The position numbers and the translations under genes were made by a program. A DNA stretch of 64,000 bases from an uncultured cyanobacterium (lineage in GTDB: Bacteria > Cyanobacteriota > Cyanobacteriia > Pseudanabaenales > Pseudanabaenaceae): assembly GCA_963703315.1 (NCBI GenBank), contig OY969811.1:2880001-2944000 (forward strand), written 5' to 3'. Positions 9,670-22,138 of this stretch are shown here, piece by piece. The notes below the pieces were generated by a model, which saw only the letters and a list, made by a program, of their open reading frames with translations, was not told the DNA's origin and did not search any database. How positions within the stretch are numbered: the first letter of the stretch is position 1; every line of letters begins with the position of its first letter.

Positions 9670-10932
9670 TGCTTTAATAAGTCCCATAGTGTCGCCTATG
9701 GATATGTAACCTACCAGACAGCATATCTAAAAGCGAATTATCCCGTTGAATATATGGCAGCGCTATTGTCTTCGGTCAGTGGTGACCAAGACAAAGTGCA
9801 GCGCTATATTGCTAACTGCCGTAGCATGGCTATTGATGTCCTACCTCCTGATGTCAATAGTTCAGGAGAAGACTTTACGCCACGTGGTCAGCAAATTTTA
9901 TTTGGATTAGCAGCAATTAAAAATCTCGGTGCAGGACCGATCGCGGCAATTTTACAGGCGCGTCAGGATGGTGCTTTTACATCTTTGGCAGATTTATGTA
10001 GTCGCCTCGATTCGCGATCGCTTAACAAAAAAGCGTTAGAAGCCTTAATTCAAACTGGGGCGCTCGATTTATTAGAGCCGAATCGTCATCAGTTGATGAG
10101 TGACCTCGATATTACGATGGAATGGGCTTCGCGCCGTGCTAAGGAGCAAGCATCGGGTCAGGGCAATATTTTTGACTTTTTTGGTGAAAGTAGCAATACG
10201 AAAACCTTTGATACTGCACCAAAAACAACTCGCGTGCAGGATTATTCTTCGCAGGAAAAACTGCGCCTAGAAAAGGAATTGCTTGGTTTTTACATTTCCG
10301 ATCATCCCCTGAGCGTAGTTAGTCGCTCGGCGAGGGTGATGGCTCCGATTAATCTCTGCGATATTCCTGATTCTTCAGAAACTAAGATCGTGACGGCGAT
10401 CGCGATCATTCTCGATATTAAAGAAGTCGTCACTAAAAAAGGCGATCGCATGGCAATTGTGCAACTTGAAGACCTGACGGGCAGTACCGAAGCTGTAGTT
10501 TTCCCCAAAACCTTTGATAAGGTGAAGCATCTGCTTGAAAAAGATAAACGCTTGATGGTGTGGGGCAAAATTGATCGCCGCGATGAACAAACCCAATTAA
10601 TTATTGACAATATGCAGTCCATTGAGTCAGTGCGAATGGTGCGGGTCGAGCTTACTCGCGAACAGGCAAGCGATCGCCAAGTTTTGCAACAACTTAAGAA
10701 TGCCTTAAATCCTAATCCTAGCTATAGCAATGCTAGTCAAGGTAATTCTAGCTATGGCAGAAATGAACCCGATACTTCTGGCAAAATCCCTGTGATTGCC
10801 TCGATTGAATATATGCCCAAACTTGTACGCTTAGGCAATCAGTTTTGGGTTGAAGATGAAGAGACTGCTGTTAAGTCCTTAAAGCAAGCAGGATTTAATG
10901 CCACCTACGACGCACTAGTTACCAATAATTAA
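9565..10932 (+). CDS. dnaE: DNA polymerase III alpha subunit, C-terminal half, fused to the C-part of a split intein (DnaE-c)
   Basis: 35-aa IntC then CFNKSHSVAYGYVTYQTAYLKANYP; EKELLGFYISDHPL; OB fold. Confidence 0.97.
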   Translation: MKIVSRKSLGVQSVFDIGLEGDHNFLLDKGYIASNCFNKSHSVAYGYVTYQTAYLKANYPVEYMAALLSSVSGDQDKVQRYIANCRSMAIDVLPPDVNSSGEDFTPRGQQILFGLAAIKNLGAGPIAAILQARQDGAFTSLADLCSRLDSRSLNKKALEALIQTGALDLLEPNRHQLMSDLDITMEWASRRAKEQASGQGNIFDFFGESSNTKTFDTAPKTTRVQDYSSQEKLRLEKELLGFYISDHPLSVVSRSARVMAPINLCDIPDSSETKIVTAIAIILDIKEVVTKKGDRMAIVQLEDLTGSTEAVVFPKTFDKVKHLLEKDKRLMVWGKIDRRDEQTQLIIDNMQSIESVRMVRVELTREQASDRQVLQQLKNALNPNPSYSNASQGNSSYGRNEPDTSGKIPVIASIEYMPKLVRLGNQFWVEDEETAVKSLKQAGFNATYDALVTNN

Positions 10933-10987
10933 CAAGTGTGCGGCGCTTCGCGCCGCACACTTGTATGAATGAAAGCGGTTGACACTC

Positions 10988-11102
10988 TATAGCAAAAAAA
11001 GTTTTGCTTAGGACACAAAACCAGAAGGCGAGTGGCGGCGCTCCGCGCCGCCACTCGCTTCTTGGGTTTTAGGTTGTACTAACCAACTCTTGCTTTGCTA
11101 TA
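10988..11102. mobile_element. MITE (TA-TAGC...GCTA-TA) inserted into the loop of a 16-bp-arm hairpin
   Basis: Termini tatagcaaa...tttgctata; internal ttaggacacaaaaccagaag and a GCGGCGC hairpin; flanked by atgaaagcggttgaca / tgtcaaccgctttcat. Confidence 0.8.
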
Positions 11103-11125
11103 TGTCAACCGCTTTCATAACTTCA

Positions 11126-11141
11126 GTTCGGTAAACCACAC
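11126..11141 (+). promoter_or_regulatory. K-box upstream of groESL
   Basis: GTTCGG-TAAA-CCACAC matches GTTCGG-NNAN-CCNNAC. Confidence 0.8.
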
Positions 11142-11169
11142 TATAGACATTGCAACCCTTTCGGTTAAA

Positions 11170-11196
11170 TTAGCACTCAGTCACCTAGAGTGCTAA
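11170..11196 (+). promoter_or_regulatory. CIRCE (HrcA operator)
   Basis: TTAGCACTC-N9-GAGTGCTAA, exact match. Confidence 0.97.
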
Positions 11197-11243
11197 ACCA
11201 CTCTAGACAAAGCCACAAACGCTAGTCAAGTGAGTGCATAACT

Positions 11244-11552
11244 ATGGCAACAACATTAAACGTAACTACCGTAAAGCCTTTAGCCGATCGCGTATTTATC
11301 AAAGTAAGCGCTAAAGAAGAAAAAACCGCAGGTGGAATTTTCTTACCTGATACCGCCAAAGAAAAGCCCCAAGTTGGTGAAATCGCCGCAGTCGGACCTG
11401 GCAAGCTCGATGATAAAGGCGATCGCCAAGCCCTCGAAGTCAAAGTCGGAGATAAAGTTCTTTACTCCAAATATGCTGGCACTGATATCAAACTTGGCAC
11501 AGACGAATATGTGCTGCTAGCAGAAAAAGATATTTTAGCGATCGTTTCATAA
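11244..11552 (+). CDS. groES: Co-chaperonin GroES
   Basis: [32 protein letters not shown]. Confidence 0.98.
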   Translation: MATTLNVTTVKPLADRVFIKVSAKEEKTAGGIFLPDTAKEKPQVGEIAAVGPGKLDDKGDRQALEVKVGDKVLYSKYAGTDIKLGTDEYVLLAEKDILAIVS

Positions 11553-11615
11553 TCTTCTTTTTAGAGCGCGAAGCGCTCTAAAAAAATACTAACTAATCAA
11601 CTATTAACCAATTAA

Positions 11616-13256
<1,641 letters not shown>

Positions 13257-13263
13257 TTATCAT

Positions 13264-13325
13264 CAAGATTCGCTAAGCGAATCTTGATAAAAGAAAAGGG
13301 AGCGCTAAGCGCTCCCTTTTCTTTT
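13264..13325 (+). terminator. Two hairpins after groEL; the second is terminator-like
   Basis: tcaagattcgc-taa-gcgaatcttga; aaaagaaaagggagcgc-taa-gcgctcccttttctttt. Confidence 0.75.
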
Positions 13326-13366
13326 TTGAGTTAAGATTTCAAAGCTAAGTCGTATCTTTTCTATCA

Positions 13367-14683
13367 ATGCCTAAGTTCTATAAGCTAGCTGAGCATTTGC
13401 CCAAGCTTCACAAGTGTCTTCATCCCAATCCCAAATTACAACGGGGATGGCTGAGTTTGCAGTGGGGAATGGCGCTACATCCGCTTAATGGATTGCTTGC
13501 AGCTTTTCCACTAACTTTTGGAATGTTTACAATGTGGTGGCAACATTGGCAGAAAATTACTAGCGATCGCCTGAGTCAAAGTTTTTTATACTTTTGTGGT
13601 TGGTTTGCGATCACCTGTCTATGGTCACTCAATCCTCTACAGTCTGTAGGGGGTGCAGCTAATTACATTCCATTTATCTTGTTTTTTTTACCATTGCGCT
13701 TAATTTTACGCACAACTGAGCAGTTACGCCGCATTGCATGGATGATCGTTACTGGCTCAATTTTTAATGCGGTACTGGGATTGGGACAGAATTTTTGGAA
13801 CTGGTCAAAGCAAGTTAATTTCTCTATAACGTCTCTCGCTTTGAAAGAGCCAGATACATTGGCGAGAATGACTGCTAGTTTTACCCATGCTAATTTTTTT
13901 GCTAGTTATTTAGTTATTGCTTTAATTTTAGGCATAGTGCTTTGGTGTGAGGCTTGGCAGCATAATTCTGGAAAACAATGGCAAAATCCCCAAAAATTAG
14001 CGATCACAATACTTAGCATCAGCATTTTATTAAACCTAGTCTGCCTTTTTTATACGAGTTCGCGTAATGGCTGGTTGACATTCCTATTAACTGCTGTAGC
14101 CTTGATGCTCTTTTATGGTCAGCGTTGGCTTGTCATCGCTTTAGGCGCGATCGCCAGTTTAGTTATGGCTGCTGCCTTTGCGGGGGAACCTATTCAAGGT
14201 TGGTTGCGCCAAATTGTCCCTTACGCGATCTGGGCAAGAATCAATGGACAAATGTATCCTGAGCCCTATACTAGTAGCCGTGTTGGTATTTGGCAATATG
14301 CATGGGAATTAGTTCAGCAAAAGCCTTGGACGGGATGGGGATTACAAACTTTTCCACAATTGTACGAAGCTCATGCTCAAATTTATTTAGGACACGCCCA
14401 TAATTTATTTTTGACGCTCTCAATGGAAGTAGGCATCCCTACAACTTTGATGTTAGGAGGTTTGATTGGCTGGATTATGTTCCAATCTGTGAGAAATCTG
14501 ATGCTAGCAGACCGTAGCGATCGCCCGATTTTATTTGGATATATTCTGTGCTTTAGTGCTTTGATTATGTTCAATATTGTGGATGTTACTTTATTTGAGC
14601 CGAGGCTGAATATGCTTGCTTGGATATTTTTAGCGGTGCTATCTAGGCATGGCAAAAAATTAGCAAGTAAGGACAATTCATGA
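13367..14683 (+). CDS. O-antigen ligase/polymerase (Wzy_C, IctB-like) membrane protein
   Basis: Multiple TM helices; HANFFASYL, TSSRNGW, RVGIW, PWTGWG, HAHNLFL. Confidence 0.85.
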   Translation: MPKFYKLAEHLPKLHKCLHPNPKLQRGWLSLQWGMALHPLNGLLAAFPLTFGMFTMWWQHWQKITSDRLSQSFLYFCGWFAITCLWSLNPLQSVGGAANYIPFILFFLPLRLILRTTEQLRRIAWMIVTGSIFNAVLGLGQNFWNWSKQVNFSITSLALKEPDTLARMTASFTHANFFASYLVIALILGIVLWCEAWQHNSGKQWQNPQKLAITILSISILLNLVCLFYTSSRNGWLTFLLTAVALMLFYGQRWLVIALGAIASLVMAAAFAGEPIQGWLRQIVPYAIWARINGQMYPEPYTSSRVGIWQYAWELVQQKPWTGWGLQTFPQLYEAHAQIYLGHAHNLFLTLSMEVGIPTTLMLGGLIGWIMFQSVRNLMLADRSDRPILFGYILCFSALIMFNIVDVTLFEPRLNMLAWIFLAVLSRHGKKLASKDNS

Positions 14684-14700
14684 ATTGTCCTTACTTGCTA
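14661..14700. repeat. Perfect 40-bp palindrome centred on the stop codon
   Basis: tagcaagtaaggacaattca|tgaattgtccttacttgcta. Confidence 0.92.
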
Positions 14701-14798
14701 CAGCAGGTTTCGATTAAAAGAACCCCAAAAAGCTTAAAACGTTGCTTTGCAAAGTTTTTAAGCTTTTTGGGGTTCGGATTTGAGCGCAAAGCGCTGTA
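14699..14798. mobile_element. MITE-like element (TA-CAGC...GCTG-TA)
   Basis: Termini tacagc/gctgta; internal long hairpin gaaccccaaaaagcttaaaa...ttttaagctttttggggttc. Confidence 0.6.
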
Positions 14799-14804
14799 AG
14801 TTCT

Positions 14805-16999
<2,195 letters not shown>

Positions 17000-17021
17000 T
17001 TTTAAGCAAATTACAACGGTA

Positions 17022-18245
17022 ATGAAAATTCGCAAGATTGATAAAAACGATCGCCTTGAAATTCTCAAAGGAGATTTGTATGCCTATTCACGCTGGACTA
17101 ATCAGGATTTGCCGCGATCGCATTTAACAGCAATTAATCCTGATGAGGTATTAGCAGTCGAAATCGATGGCAAGATCGTAGCGGCTTTGCAATGTTTTCC
17201 CTTTCAGCAATCGGTGCGCGGCACGCTAAAACCAATGGGGGGCATCGGCGGCGTATGGACATATCCTGAATATCGCAATCGTGGCTGTGTCAGCGCCTTG
17301 ATGAAAAGTGCTTTTTTAGAAATGCGGATGCAGGGAATTTCGGTGAGTATGCTCACGCCCTTTAAAGAAAGTTTTTATGAATCATTGGGCTATGCGATCG
17401 CTAATGCCACCAACGAGATCACAATTCCGATTGCATCTTTCAGCAATTATCTAAAACTTCCCATTTATGCCAACTGGTCATGCGATCGCCTGCCAGCAAC
17501 CGAAGTCAGAGATACTTTGTCAAATTTCCTCTACGAAAGTCTGCGATCGCAAACCCTGTTGCCCCATAGTCACGGTTTAGCGATTACGAATTTTACTTAT
17601 GACCAATGGTGGCATTTGCATCGGCAGAAGCTCTGTGTGTTGATCAAGCGCAATCATCAGCCTGTAGCACTGGCAATTTATGCGATCGATAGCAGTGGCA
17701 ATTTGCCATTCACCGATCGCCAGATTGAAATTTCATCGATATTTTGGACAGACTTAGAATCCCGCGATCGCCTGTTTTCTTTTTTTGCCAGCCATCGTGA
17801 TCAAATCCATAGCCTGAAAATGCCATTGCCATTAGATACAAATGTGCATACATGGTTAAGTAATGCAGGCAAATTACCATCATCGCTGACTGAGCCTTGG
17901 ATGGTGAGAATTATCGATATTGTCCAAGCTTTACATGGTTTGCCAATCGCCTGTGAGCCATTTACCTTTGCCCTTAACGATCCGCATTGCAGTTGGAATG
18001 AAGGAGTTTTTCGAGTCGATGGCGATCGCGGTAGTCTGACGGTCAAGCGTTATAACGGTGATTTTCCTGATTTAGCGATCGACTTTCGTGCCACCATTGC
18101 AGGGATCTCAGCCCTGATTTATGGCACACATGGCATTGATGAACTTATACATAAACAATGGATTACGGATATTAACCCCATCACTTACGAAGTATTAGAA
18201 AATGCCTTTACACCATGCGTGATTTATAATCCTTTTAAGTTCTGA
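17022..18245 (+). CDS. Eis-family GNAT acetyltransferase
   Basis: MGGIGGVWTYPEYRNRG, LTPFKESFYESLGY, WMVRIID, SCP2-like C-terminus. Confidence 0.88.
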   Translation: MKIRKIDKNDRLEILKGDLYAYSRWTNQDLPRSHLTAINPDEVLAVEIDGKIVAALQCFPFQQSVRGTLKPMGGIGGVWTYPEYRNRGCVSALMKSAFLEMRMQGISVSMLTPFKESFYESLGYAIANATNEITIPIASFSNYLKLPIYANWSCDRLPATEVRDTLSNFLYESLRSQTLLPHSHGLAITNFTYDQWWHLHRQKLCVLIKRNHQPVALAIYAIDSSGNLPFTDRQIEISSIFWTDLESRDRLFSFFASHRDQIHSLKMPLPLDTNVHTWLSNAGKLPSSLTEPWMVRIIDIVQALHGLPIACEPFTFALNDPHCSWNEGVFRVDGDRGSLTVKRYNGDFPDLAIDFRATIAGISALIYGTHGIDELIHKQWITDINPITYEVLENAFTPCVIYNPFKF

Positions 18246-18300
18246 CCCCCGTTGCAGCAACCGAGCCTGCGGCTCGGTTGCTGCAAAACCTTATAAAAGC

Positions 18301-18690
18301 ATGAAAGAAAAACTCACTCGCAGTCAAGAACGAGTGCTACATCTCCTCCAACATCACGATCGCGCCGTATCCGCGCAAGATATTCATTCGGAGTTACGCA
18401 ATAGCGAAAAAAGTGTGGGTTTGGCGACAGTATATCGATCGCTAGAAACGCTCAAATTGCAAGGCTTAATCAAGGCGCTGACTTTACCCAATGGCGAAAC
18501 AATTTATAGCGTCACCCGTGCCGATCGCCATCATCTCAATTGTCTGAACTGTGGTCAATCTTTCCCGATTGATAGCTGCCCCATTCACGATTTGGGTAAT
18601 CAACTCGCAAAACAACATAAATTTCAGATTTATTATCACACTCTCGAATTTTTTGGTATGTGTAGTCAATGTCAGCAGGAATCTCCATAA
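18301..18690 (+). CDS. zur: Fur-family regulator, Zur-like
   Basis: LTRSQ, GLATVYRSL, HHLNCLNCG, HTLEFFGMCSQC. Confidence 0.8.
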   Translation: MKEKLTRSQERVLHLLQHHDRAVSAQDIHSELRNSEKSVGLATVYRSLETLKLQGLIKALTLPNGETIYSVTRADRHHLNCLNCGQSFPIDSCPIHDLGNQLAKQHKFQIYYHTLEFFGMCSQCQQESP

Positions 18691-18727
18691 ACAAGGGGCT
18701 TAAGCCCCTTGTCCAAGAAACTAAACT

Positions 18728-19267
18728 ATGAAAACTGTACTTGTACCTCTATTTGAAGGCTTTGAAGAAATCGAAGCAATTACGATTATCGATGTGTTGC
18801 GCCGCGCTGATATTGAAGTGGTGACGGCAAGCTTAGCAACACAAACTGTGATCGGCGCTCATGCGATCGCCATTACCGCCGATAAGATTCTTGATGAAGT
18901 TGATGCTAGTCAATTTGATGCGATCGTCCTTGCTGGTGGTGCAGGTACTTTCCGACTTAGAGAAGATCCTCGCATTGCCAAAATATTGATTGCCCATGCC
19001 AAAACCAATAAACTGCTGGGGGCAATCTGTGCCGCACCGACCGTTCTCTCCGCCGCAGGATTGCTCAAAGGTAAACGTGCCACATCCTTCCCATCGGTTA
19101 AATCTCAATTAGAAGTAGGGGAATATTTAGAAATTCCTGTGGTAGTTGATGACAAGGTGGTTACTAGTCGTGGCGCAGGTACAGCGATGGCGTTTGCACT
19201 CAAGTTAGTTGAAATTTTACAAGGGGAGGCGATCGCCAATAAACTCGCCACAGACATGATCGTGTAG
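18728..19267 (+). CDS. DJ-1/PfpI (YajL/ThiJ) family protein
   Basis: GFEEIEA, AICAAP nucleophile, TSRGAGTA. Confidence 0.92.
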   Translation: MKTVLVPLFEGFEEIEAITIIDVLRRADIEVVTASLATQTVIGAHAIAITADKILDEVDASQFDAIVLAGGAGTFRLREDPRIAKILIAHAKTNKLLGAICAAPTVLSAAGLLKGKRATSFPSVKSQLEVGEYLEIPVVVDDKVVTSRGAGTAMAFALKLVEILQGEAIANKLATDMIV

Positions 19268-19355
19268 ATATTGGCAGGTTTAACCTTGGGGTCGAAAAGA
19301 TTGGTTTTGACTTATGATAATCTTGTGAAATAGCTAGCCAGTTATTGATGAATCT

Positions 19356-20654
19356 ATGTCAGAGGTTAAATCAGTATCCCAAGTTCTCTTAGGTTATAAA
19401 TCAGCGCTTGAGAAACTGGAAAGAACATATCCAAAGCCATCATCTACTGATGCCTTAGTTGTTCTAATGAAGCGAGAGGAGTTGCAAGCTTTACTTTCAG
19501 AACGTCCTGAATTGCTAACTGCAAACCTGATCGCGATCGCAGATTTAGACAATCGGCTCAAAAACCAAAAAAGTTTAATTGTTAAGTTGCTAAAGCTTTC
19601 TGAATGGAGAGCAATTCTTGAACCGCCTGAAAAGCATTGGTGGTGGTTTTTCTCTTCTAAATGGGAGAGATTTGATTGGCTGTGGAACGCTGGTTCTATT
19701 CTGTTTTTGGCTGTTTCCTTGGGGTTACTGGTTAATACATCAACTAGGATGCTGAGTGGTGGCGCAACCTCTGGAAATACGATATTTGTGGTATTGCAAA
19801 GCGTTTTACCGTTATTAGTTGGTGGTGGGACTTTCACGCAAGCAGGGAAAGAAGCCTATGAAAAAGTTCTGATTAGCTTGCAGATTGATAAACAGTTTTG
19901 GCAAGAAATTAGTTGCGGTTTATCTTTTCTAGTATTGTGCATTTTGTTTGGAGTGAATTCTTCCTTACCCAATTGGGCGATCGCTGTTAATCAGAGTGGC
20001 ATCACAAATTACAACAATAAGCGCATAGAAAGTGCAAAAGCTGATTTTGAGAGGGCGATCGCTATGCGTCCTGACTATGGCGAAGCTCATTACAATCTTG
20101 GCTGGCTTTATGAAGAACTAAATGATCTTGAGAAGGCGAAAGTGCAGTATGAGTTAGCTGTTCAAGGCGATCTGCAAAAATTTGATCAGGGTGTTAATCA
20201 TCTCAAGGCGTTGAATAATTTAGGGCGTTTATACATTCTCAAAAAGGAATATGGAACGGCTGTACGTTTTCTCAATCAAGGTATCCAAGAGAGCGCAAGT
20301 ACTAAATCTATGACTTCATGGGAAAATTCTAGTGACGGAGGAGTCTATTACAATTTACGCAAAAATATGGGCTGGGCGAGGTTCATGCAGGAGCGCTATG
20401 TTGAAGCAGAGGTGCAGCTTAGAGCAGTGATCGCTTTAGAGCCTAAACGCAGTTCTGCTTACTGCTTGCTAGCTCAGGTTTTAGAGGCTAAAGAGCCAAA
20501 TAATCAAGCGATCGCCTTAGAGTTTTGGACAAAATGTATCCGTTTCGCAACTCCGATGGATTTTTCTCAGTCAGAGGAGGATGACTGGTACGGATTGGCG
20601 AATAAGCGTTTGGATAAGGCGTTTTCCAACAAAGATACAAGTAAGGATAAGTAA
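19356..20654 (+). CDS. Membrane-anchored TPR protein
   Basis: About 110-aa N-terminal domain ending WWWF, about three hydrophobic segments, TPRs (AHYNLGWLYEE, ALNNLGRLYI, SAYCLLAQVLE). Confidence 0.8.
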   Translation: MSEVKSVSQVLLGYKSALEKLERTYPKPSSTDALVVLMKREELQALLSERPELLTANLIAIADLDNRLKNQKSLIVKLLKLSEWRAILEPPEKHWWWFFSSKWERFDWLWNAGSILFLAVSLGLLVNTSTRMLSGGATSGNTIFVVLQSVLPLLVGGGTFTQAGKEAYEKVLISLQIDKQFWQEISCGLSFLVLCILFGVNSSLPNWAIAVNQSGITNYNNKRIESAKADFERAIAMRPDYGEAHYNLGWLYEELNDLEKAKVQYELAVQGDLQKFDQGVNHLKALNNLGRLYILKKEYGTAVRFLNQGIQESASTKSMTSWENSSDGGVYYNLRKNMGWARFMQERYVEAEVQLRAVIALEPKRSSAYCLLAQVLEAKEPNNQAIALEFWTKCIRFATPMDFSQSEEDDWYGLANKRLDKAFSNKDTSKDK

Positions 20655-20656
20655 CC

Positions 20657-21559
20657 ATGCAAAAGCGATCGCGAGTTGGGCAAGCCTTTATATTTGGTTG
20701 TGGTTTATTAAGTATGTTAGGGACGCTGGTATTGCCTGAGATGGCTGTGGCTAATCCTCCTGTCAGGATTTGGTCGCTTAGTCCTAAGGCGAGCATTCTC
20801 CGTAATGGAGTGAGTAAACCAGCACGTTATTTTATGGAGATAAAGCCAGAGGATCTGGTGAAGCCTGAGATTGGTAGGGTGTTGGAGGTTCTTTGTTCTG
20901 ATAATCAAATCCGTACAGTACAATCTGGTGTCTTTTCAGGATTAGGCACAATCTGTCCTCTATCTTCTTCAAATCGTATAACTCCCAATACTTTTGAGTC
21001 ACGCGGTAATAACTGTTCTTCGATCGCGCCTAATGTTTTGGCTCCTGCATCTGACAAACTAATCGCGACAACGGCTGCTTATCCCACGTTTCAGTTTTTA
21101 GTGCCAACGACATCGGCGAGTCAGGCTGAGTTTGTCCTCAAAGGTAGCGATCGCAAGGCGATTTATCGTCAGACCTTTGCTTTGTCTGGTCAGTCGGGTA
21201 TTTTACGAGTGGCGTTACCTACCGATGGCAGCATTGGCGAGTTGGCTTTGGGGCAGACCTATAAATGGGAGCTTAATATCATTTGCGATCCAAGCGATCG
21301 CAAGCAGGACGACTTTGTGGTGGGTTCTTTGCAGAGAGTGCCTCTAGCGAATGATCCTCAGCATCAGTTACCGCTATCTTTGCGCGATCGCCTCTTGTTT
21401 TATAGTGTCAAAGGATTAAATTATGATGAATTAGTGGTGTTGGATGCATTGCGAAGGGAAGCTCCGACCGATGGCGAGATCCAAACTTATTGGGAGTCTT
21501 TGTTAGAACGCTACAAGTTGGGAGATTTGAAAAGGTTGCCAGCGATCGCCTTGCCGTAG
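20657..21559 (+). CDS. Secreted DUF928-domain protein
   Basis: Signal peptide ending AVA; TTAAYPTFQFLVP, AEFVL, YKWELNIIC, GSLQRV recalled as typical of DUF928. Confidence 0.75.
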   Translation: MQKRSRVGQAFIFGCGLLSMLGTLVLPEMAVANPPVRIWSLSPKASILRNGVSKPARYFMEIKPEDLVKPEIGRVLEVLCSDNQIRTVQSGVFSGLGTICPLSSSNRITPNTFESRGNNCSSIAPNVLAPASDKLIATTAAYPTFQFLVPTTSASQAEFVLKGSDRKAIYRQTFALSGQSGILRVALPTDGSIGELALGQTYKWELNIICDPSDRKQDDFVVGSLQRVPLANDPQHQLPLSLRDRLLFYSVKGLNYDELVVLDALRREAPTDGEIQTYWESLLERYKLGDLKRLPAIALP

Positions 21560-21598
21560 CCAAAATCTCAGTAAATTTGAAAATAATAAGGAGTTAAT

Positions 21599-21892
21599 AT
21601 GACGCAAATTATTTTAGAAATCGGTCAGCCTATGGTCATTGAAAAGCTGAGAAGTCTTGCCCAAAAGTATCAGCGAACTTTGGAGGAGCAGATTGTTCTA
21701 ATTTTAGAAAATGCTGTTACGCCTTTGCCCCAAGGACAAGGGACTGTTTCTGCCTTAGATAATGGTCAAGATGGCTTTTGGGATATGACTTTAAGGTTTA
21801 GGCAGAGGATACAGCAGGAAAATATTGTGTTCACTGACGAAGATTTTGCGGGTTTGCGCGATCGCTCTGCGGGTCGGGAGGTTGAGTTTTGA
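21599..21892 (+). CDS. Antitoxin-like protein (FitA/VapB type)
   Basis: Small, AGGAG RBS, N-terminal RHH-like segment, C-terminal LRDRSAGREVEF; TTGA overlap with a PIN-domain remnant. Confidence 0.7.
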   Translation: MTQIILEIGQPMVIEKLRSLAQKYQRTLEEQIVLILENAVTPLPQGQGTVSALDNGQDGFWDMTLRFRQRIQQENIVFTDEDFAGLRDRSAGREVEF

Positions 21893-21987
21893 CTTTAAGG
21901 TATTTGTTAGACACCAATGTTATTTCGGAGGTGACTCGTCCAAGCCCTAAGACTAATATTGTCCGAAAGCTTACTGAGCATCAATGA
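21889..21987 (+). pseudogene. Truncated VapC/PIN toxin
   Basis: TTG start; MTLRYLLDTNVISEVTRPSPKTNIVRKLTEHQ then TGA after 32 codons; the LDTN..SE PIN motif is present but the rest of the domain is not recognisable. Confidence 0.85.
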
Positions 21988-22138
21988 GCGAGAACAACGG
22001 CTACCATTGCTGCACTCAAGATGAATCGTTCGCCTTTGGTTCGGGTTAGAACGATGTGGGTAAAATTGGGCGAACATCCACCCGCATAGGAATAATTGTA
22101 GGCTGTCGCATTAAGGTTAAACAAATAGAGAGGCTGAA

